Origin: Arenicellales bacterium
GTDB lineage: Bacteria > Pseudomonadota > Gammaproteobacteria > Arenicellales > JAJDZL01
Direction: 5' to 3'
Assembly (NCBI GenBank): GCA_951813075.1
Contig: OX638343.1
Coordinates: 1,899,087-1,963,086, forward strand
Length of the DNA stretch: 64,000 nucleotides
A program made the position numbers and the translations under genes. The notes below the pieces were generated by a model that searched no databases, was not told the origin of the DNA, and saw only the letters and a program-made list of their open reading frames with translations. Below are positions 59,901 to 64,000 of this stretch, one piece after another; positions within the stretch are counted from its first letter, which is position 1, and each line of letters opens with the position of its first letter.

Positions 59901-60626
59901 TTGACCATGCCAAAATCAAAGAATACCCAGCTCACCCGATCATCAAACAAGGATGTTGATGATTTTCTGCGCAAGGTTGAACTGACACCGCGTCCGGTAC
60001 CAAGCGCCAGACGCGGGCGGTTGATTTTCGGCATGGATGCGACGGCCAGCCGCGAACCTATGTGGGATCAGGCTTGTCACATCCAATCTGAAATGTTCTC
60101 AGAGACCGCAACGCATGGCGGACTGGACGTGCAATTATGTTTCTATCGTGGATTCCGTGAGTTTTATGCGAGCAAATGGGTCAGCGCGGCTTCTGAGCTG
60201 CATCGGTTGATGAGCAGCACACGTTGTGCAGGCGGACTGACACAAATTTCAAGACTCTTGGATCAGACAATCCGCGAGACAAAAAAAAGTCCAGTTAACG
60301 CGCTGGTCTTCGTAGGCGATGCAATGGAGGAAGATGTCGACCGGCTTTCAGACAAAGCCGGCCAACTGGGATTGAATGGTGTACCGGCCTTCATGTTTCA
60401 CGAAGGATACAATCCCGTTGCCGAAAGAGCGTTTCGGGAAATTGCAACACTGAGCGGAGGAGCATATTGCAGATTTGACTCCTCAAGCGCCAAGCAGTTA
60501 CGAGACTTGCTCGCGGCGGTCGCTGTGTTTGCCGCGGGTGGACGCAAGGCGCTTGAAAATTTCAGCAGTAGACGTCGTGGAGTGGCGGGTCAGCTGACGC
60601 ACCAGATCAACCGAAAGAAAACATGA
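59901..60626 (+). CDS. von Willebrand factor A-like domain protein
   Basis: [11 protein letters not shown] (a MIDAS-like DxTxS) followed by an alternating beta/alpha pattern ([12 protein letters not shown]). The start may be ATG 59907. Confidence 0.6.
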   Translation: MTMPKSKNTQLTRSSNKDVDDFLRKVELTPRPVPSARRGRLIFGMDATASREPMWDQACHIQSEMFSETATHGGLDVQLCFYRGFREFYASKWVSAASELHRLMSSTRCAGGLTQISRLLDQTIRETKKSPVNALVFVGDAMEEDVDRLSDKAGQLGLNGVPAFMFHEGYNPVAERAFREIATLSGGAYCRFDSSSAKQLRDLLAAVAVFAAGGRKALENFSSRRRGVAGQLTHQINRKKT

Positions 60627-61348
60627 TTCTCAGAGTGATTCTTATCTTGGCCGTTGTAGTCGGCCTCATGTGGTTTTTCGGACGCCTTGGAAAAACGAAC
60701 CCCCAAGACCGAATCAAATTCCTCAAGCTCGCAGCCCTGTACGGTGGTGCCGGAATCTTGCTGGCTTTGATTCTGACGGGAAGACTGTCTGCAATATTCG
60801 CGCTCCTGATCGCAGCGATTCCCTGGATTCAACGAATCATCATCGTTCGAAGCGCATACAACATGTTTAAAACGTGGAAAGGTCCTGTACAGGGATCAAG
60901 ACCCGGGCAAACTTCCGATGTGCGAACCAAGTTTCTCGAAGTGACGCTCGATCATGATACCGGGAACATTATCGGTACAGTGACGGCGGGCAGTTATAAA
61001 AGTCGGACACTCGACGAATTGGATATCAACGAACTTGTTGATCTGCTTGACACCTGCCGAAAAAAAGACCCTCAGTCGGCTTCTGTGCTGGAGACTTACC
61101 TCGACCGCATGCGCCCCGATGAATGGGGAGCGTATGCGGATGAGCATGAAGAGCAAAAAGGTTCCACCGGTGGGGATGACATGACACGAGAGCAAGCGCT
61201 GCAAGTTCTCGGTCTGAGTGAAGGTGCCACGCGCGAGGAGATCATCGAAGCACATCGGGTGCTGATGCAGAGAAATCATCCTGATCGTGGCGGCTCGACC
61301 TTTCTGGCGGCTCAGATCAATCGCGCCAAGGATCTGCTGTTGTCATGA
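60623..61348 (+). CDS. Membrane-anchored J-domain protein (DjlA-like architecture)
   Basis: Three N-terminal hydrophobic helices. C-terminal J domain [33 protein letters not shown] carries the HPD motif. ATGA overlap with the VWA gene. Confidence 0.8.
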   Translation: MILRVILILAVVVGLMWFFGRLGKTNPQDRIKFLKLAALYGGAGILLALILTGRLSAIFALLIAAIPWIQRIIIVRSAYNMFKTWKGPVQGSRPGQTSDVRTKFLEVTLDHDTGNIIGTVTAGSYKSRTLDELDINELVDLLDTCRKKDPQSASVLETYLDRMRPDEWGAYADEHEEQKGSTGGDDMTREQALQVLGLSEGATREEIIEAHRVLMQRNHPDRGGSTFLAAQINRAKDLLLS

Positions 61349-62559
61349 TTCGAGAGAAACTGAAACTGCATGTCGTCCTGTCGCTACTAATCCTCGCCAC
61401 AGCTGAAACTGTGCTTGCGCAAAACACGATCACGTTGAAGGAACAGACTCTGAGCCATCCTTGGATTGGACAGGTTCGTGTCATGGTTCCAGAAAACTAC
61501 CACCTGGAAATTCTCAACGACGGGTTGAAACGTCCCAGAATGATTACATTCGCACCGAATGGCGATATGTTCATAGGATCAGAGTCGCGCGTGTATCTTT
61601 TGAAGCCACCTTACGAACGTGCCATCGACTATCTTTACCTGGACGGATACCCACACAGCGTTGCCATTCGCGGCGAGGAAATGTTCATTGCAACAACCGG
61701 GGCACTTTTCAAATCGAACTACGATCCTGAAGCACGTCGAATCACAGCCAGCGATCTGACACTGGTATCCCGCCTACCAGGTGGTTTCGGACATAGCTCG
61801 AGAACTGTCGCAGTCAGTCCGGATAACGAGATATTTGTCAGTCTCGGTATCAGTGGCAACTGCAGCAATCAAATGATCTCGGAGAATTATCCGTTCAAAG
61901 ATCGCCGCGGCGGCATGTTTCGACTCGATGAGTCTTCCAATCCGAATCGGTTGGTGCCCTTCGCTTCAGGACTGCGAAATCCTGTGGGGTTCGATTGGCA
62001 TCCGACAAGTCATGTGATGTACGCCAGTAACAATGGACCTGACCATCTTGGGTTCGAGCAGCCACCGGAATATTTCTCCAAGATCACAGCAGGATCATTT
62101 CATGGGATGCCGTGGTACCAATACGATGGACAATCTGTGGTCGTCGACCCCTGCATCACTGCGAAAGCACCGTATCCAGCCAGCGAGGTCAGTACTCCAG
62201 TGGCGTTGTTCCCATCCCGAAATGCACCGCTTGGCGTCGCTTTCGTTCCACCTGGCACCATGGACGAAAAATTTGAAAGCAGCGCGATTGTAGCCTTGCA
62301 CGGCTCTTGGGGCACACAGCCGGACGGTTTATTTACTGGGCCGGCAGCCAGCCGTCGGCCTCCTGCTGTCGTAATGGTGCGATTTGATGACGAGAATGCT
62401 GTCGGTGTCGAACCGGTAATCACTGGGTTTCAGAGTCAGAAGGGGCGCCGGTGGGCACGACCTGCGGGTGTCGCTGTAGGACCAGATGGTTCACTCTATG
62501 TCACGAGCGATAGCGGCGACTTGCGCGGGCTTCTGCGGTTGCGACCCAATAACGAATGA
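61345..62559 (+). CDS. PQQ-dependent sugar (glucose/sorbosone) dehydrogenase-like beta-propeller protein
   Basis: Signal peptide, a [12 protein letters not shown] block and a GSDH-family-like propeller pattern. ATGA overlap with the upstream gene. Confidence 0.7.
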   Translation: MIREKLKLHVVLSLLILATAETVLAQNTITLKEQTLSHPWIGQVRVMVPENYHLEILNDGLKRPRMITFAPNGDMFIGSESRVYLLKPPYERAIDYLYLDGYPHSVAIRGEEMFIATTGALFKSNYDPEARRITASDLTLVSRLPGGFGHSSRTVAVSPDNEIFVSLGISGNCSNQMISENYPFKDRRGGMFRLDESSNPNRLVPFASGLRNPVGFDWHPTSHVMYASNNGPDHLGFEQPPEYFSKITAGSFHGMPWYQYDGQSVVVDPCITAKAPYPASEVSTPVALFPSRNAPLGVAFVPPGTMDEKFESSAIVALHGSWGTQPDGLFTGPAASRRPPAVVMVRFDDENAVGVEPVITGFQSQKGRRWARPAGVAVGPDGSLYVTSDSGDLRGLLRLRPNNE

Positions 62560-63803
62560 CTTCATCAACCAATTCGAAAACAGCAATTGATTCAACAACA
62601 ACCAAAAGAGGCTTGATCGACATGCCAGAGGTCCCGCTCAACTTCTCAATTTCAGAATATGAGGAGAGAATAAAAAAGACACGCCAAGCGATGGAATCAG
62701 AAGGTGTTGAGTTGATGATAACCGTCGATCCGTCCAACATGGCTTGGCTGACGGGCTACGACGGATGGTCTTTCTATACACCTCAGTGTGTGTTACTGAC
62801 AGCGACGGAAGGGCCAATCTGGTACGGCCGGGCGATGGATGCAAAAGGTGCGCTTCGCACGGTTTTCATGCCGGAAAGTGATATCTGGTTCTTTTCGGAC
62901 GATTACGTCATGACACCCGAACGTCACGCGATGGACCTACTGTCTCAAAAGATAACTGATCAAGGATGGGGGTCAGTCAACATTGGTGTTGAGATGGACA
63001 ATTATTACTTTTCCGCCGCAACTTTCGCAGCGCTGCAGAAAGGTCTTCCAAATGCAACTTTCATTGACGCCAATTTATTGATCAACTGGCAGCGTACCGT
63101 CAAATCTGAGCAGGAACTTGTCTATATGAAAAGAGCCGGACGAATCGTCGAAACCATGCACCAGATGATATTCGACACGATTGAACCGGGAATGCGGAAA
63201 AATGATCTCGTAGCGGAAATCTATCATACCGCGATTACAGGCGCGGACGGACACGGTGGAGATTATCCAGCAATCGTCCCCATGGTGCCGTCTGGAGTCG
63301 ATACCTCTGCTGCCCATCTGACGTGGAATGATCTTCCTCTCAAATCTGATGAGGGTACATTTTTTGAGATCGCTGGGTGTCATCGTCGCTACCACTGCCC
63401 ACTATGCCGCACAATCTATCTCGGGGAACCACCGCTAAAGTTTCTGAATGTGGAAAAAGCGGTTCTTGATGGTATGGAAGCAGGTCTTGAAGCAGCACGT
63501 GCCGGGAATCTCGCAGAAGATATCATCATCGCATTCAACCGCGCACTGAACAAGTACGGAATTACAAAAGATGGTCGCTCCGGTTATCCAATCGGCCTGA
63601 GCTACCCGCCGGATTGGGGTGAGCGTACCATCAGTCTTCGCTTGGGTGACAAAACCGTTTTGAAAGAGAATATGACGTTTCACTTCATGACCGCGCTGTG
63701 GTCGGATGACTGGGGATTTGAGATCACCGAAAGTATCGTCATCAAACAGAACGGTCCAGAACTACTTGCTGACTATCCTCGAAAACTATTGGTAAAGAAA
63801 TGA
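62556..63803 (+). CDS. M24-family metallopeptidase-fold hydrolase (creatinase / ectoine hydrolase DoeA-like)
   Basis: Creatinase_N-like block DPSNMAWLTGYDGWSFY plus a pita-bread C-domain. The ATGA overlap supports a start at 62556. The alternative is ATG 62622 (MPEVPLNF). Confidence 0.75.
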   Translation: MTSSTNSKTAIDSTTTKRGLIDMPEVPLNFSISEYEERIKKTRQAMESEGVELMITVDPSNMAWLTGYDGWSFYTPQCVLLTATEGPIWYGRAMDAKGALRTVFMPESDIWFFSDDYVMTPERHAMDLLSQKITDQGWGSVNIGVEMDNYYFSAATFAALQKGLPNATFIDANLLINWQRTVKSEQELVYMKRAGRIVETMHQMIFDTIEPGMRKNDLVAEIYHTAITGADGHGGDYPAIVPMVPSGVDTSAAHLTWNDLPLKSDEGTFFEIAGCHRRYHCPLCRTIYLGEPPLKFLNVEKAVLDGMEAGLEAARAGNLAEDIIIAFNRALNKYGITKDGRSGYPIGLSYPPDWGERTISLRLGDKTVLKENMTFHFMTALWSDDWGFEITESIVIKQNGPELLADYPRKLLVKK

Positions 63804-64000
63804 GCACAAAAATTCAACTGTATACGTGGGGTACACCAAACGGCAGAAAAATCTCGATTGCGCTGGAAGAGATGGGGGTCGATTACGAAGTTCACCCGAT
63901 CAATATTCTCAAAGGCGAACAATTCAGTGAATCTTATTTGGCGATCAGTCCGAGCAATAAGATTCCTTGTATTGTTGACCCCGCAGGTATGCATGGCGAA
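63800..64000 (+). CDS. Glutathione S-transferase family protein (YfcG/YghU-like N-terminus); 5' part only
   Basis: Hand translation: MSTKIQLYTWGTPNGRKISIALEEMGVDYEVHPINILKGEQFSESYLAISPSNKIPCIVDP... ATGA overlap with the upstream stop. It runs off the window end. Confidence 0.7.
   Translation, partial: MSTKIQLYTWGTPNGRKISIALEEMGVDYEVHPINILKGEQFSESYLAISPSNKIPCIVDPAGMHGE

Noticed and set aside
1-64000. Looked for rRNA, tRNA, tmRNA and CRISPR arrays.
   Set aside because: No T-loop/acceptor-like GGTTCGAATCC-type motif occurs in any intergenic region. No rRNA-like stretch was seen. No short direct repeats with regular unique spacers were seen. The only regular tandem repeat is the coding Sel1 array. 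This was done by eye only; tRNAscan-SE, Infernal and a CRISPR finder should confirm.

Overview
Dense 64-kb chromosomal segment with about 60 protein-coding genes. By eye I found no rRNA, tRNA or CRISPR array. Local gene orders resemble Pseudomonas-type Gammaproteobacteria: pdxA-rsmA, glyQS-x-plsC, thiI-like-glnA-ntrBC and lexA-imuA-imuB-dnaE2. Taxon assignment is inference only.

Layout:
- 1-11.9 kb: a partial YejA-like binding protein, a TRAP transporter plus lutAB operon, a 14-unit Sel1-repeat protein with three near-identical 108-bp units, moaA, a DHDPS-family gene and moaB.
- 12.4-28.6 kb: a visibly AT-richer island built around a lanthanide-type PQQ methanol dehydrogenase (xoxF, with the DYD signature), xoxG and xoxJ. 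It also carries a rhodanese-like C-x3-CW protein, a PedA1A2BC-like ABC system, an MxaD-like SRPBCC protein and a transposase remnant. A poorly understood periplasmic module sits alongside: a fused SoxY-SoxZ-like carrier, two orphan secreted proteins, an MBL hydrolase, a small lipoprotein-like protein and a NitT/TauT-type ABC importer.
- 28.7-35.6 kb: CDGSH protein, pdxA, rsmA, an orphan secreted protein, plsC, a MazG-like gene and a fused glyQ-glyS.
- 35.6-38.1 kb: an AT-rich islet holding one AAA+/DUF4143-type ATPase-nuclease-like gene.
- 38.1-43.8 kb: a THUMP-less ThiI-like PP-loop protein overlapping a TusA gene, then glnA (clear NtrC sites and a sigma54 promoter) and ntrBC.
- 44-50 kb: metK-ahcY, a DUF465 gene, a spondin-N lipoprotein, an omega-aminotransferase and apt.
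- 50.2-56.1 kb: the SOS mutagenesis cassette with a palindromic operator.
- 56.2-64 kb: a GATase1 gene and pepN, then a translationally coupled chain of VWA protein, membrane J-protein, PQQ-sugar-dehydrogenase-like protein, M24 peptidase and a partial GST.

The best candidates for undescribed biology are the quinoprotein-associated SoxYZ-like/MBL/ABC periplasmic module, the ThiI-like/TusA pair, the orphan ATPase islet, and the VWA/J-protein pair.

All family calls rest on motif recognition from the translations. No database search was run. Start codons are the least certain coordinates.
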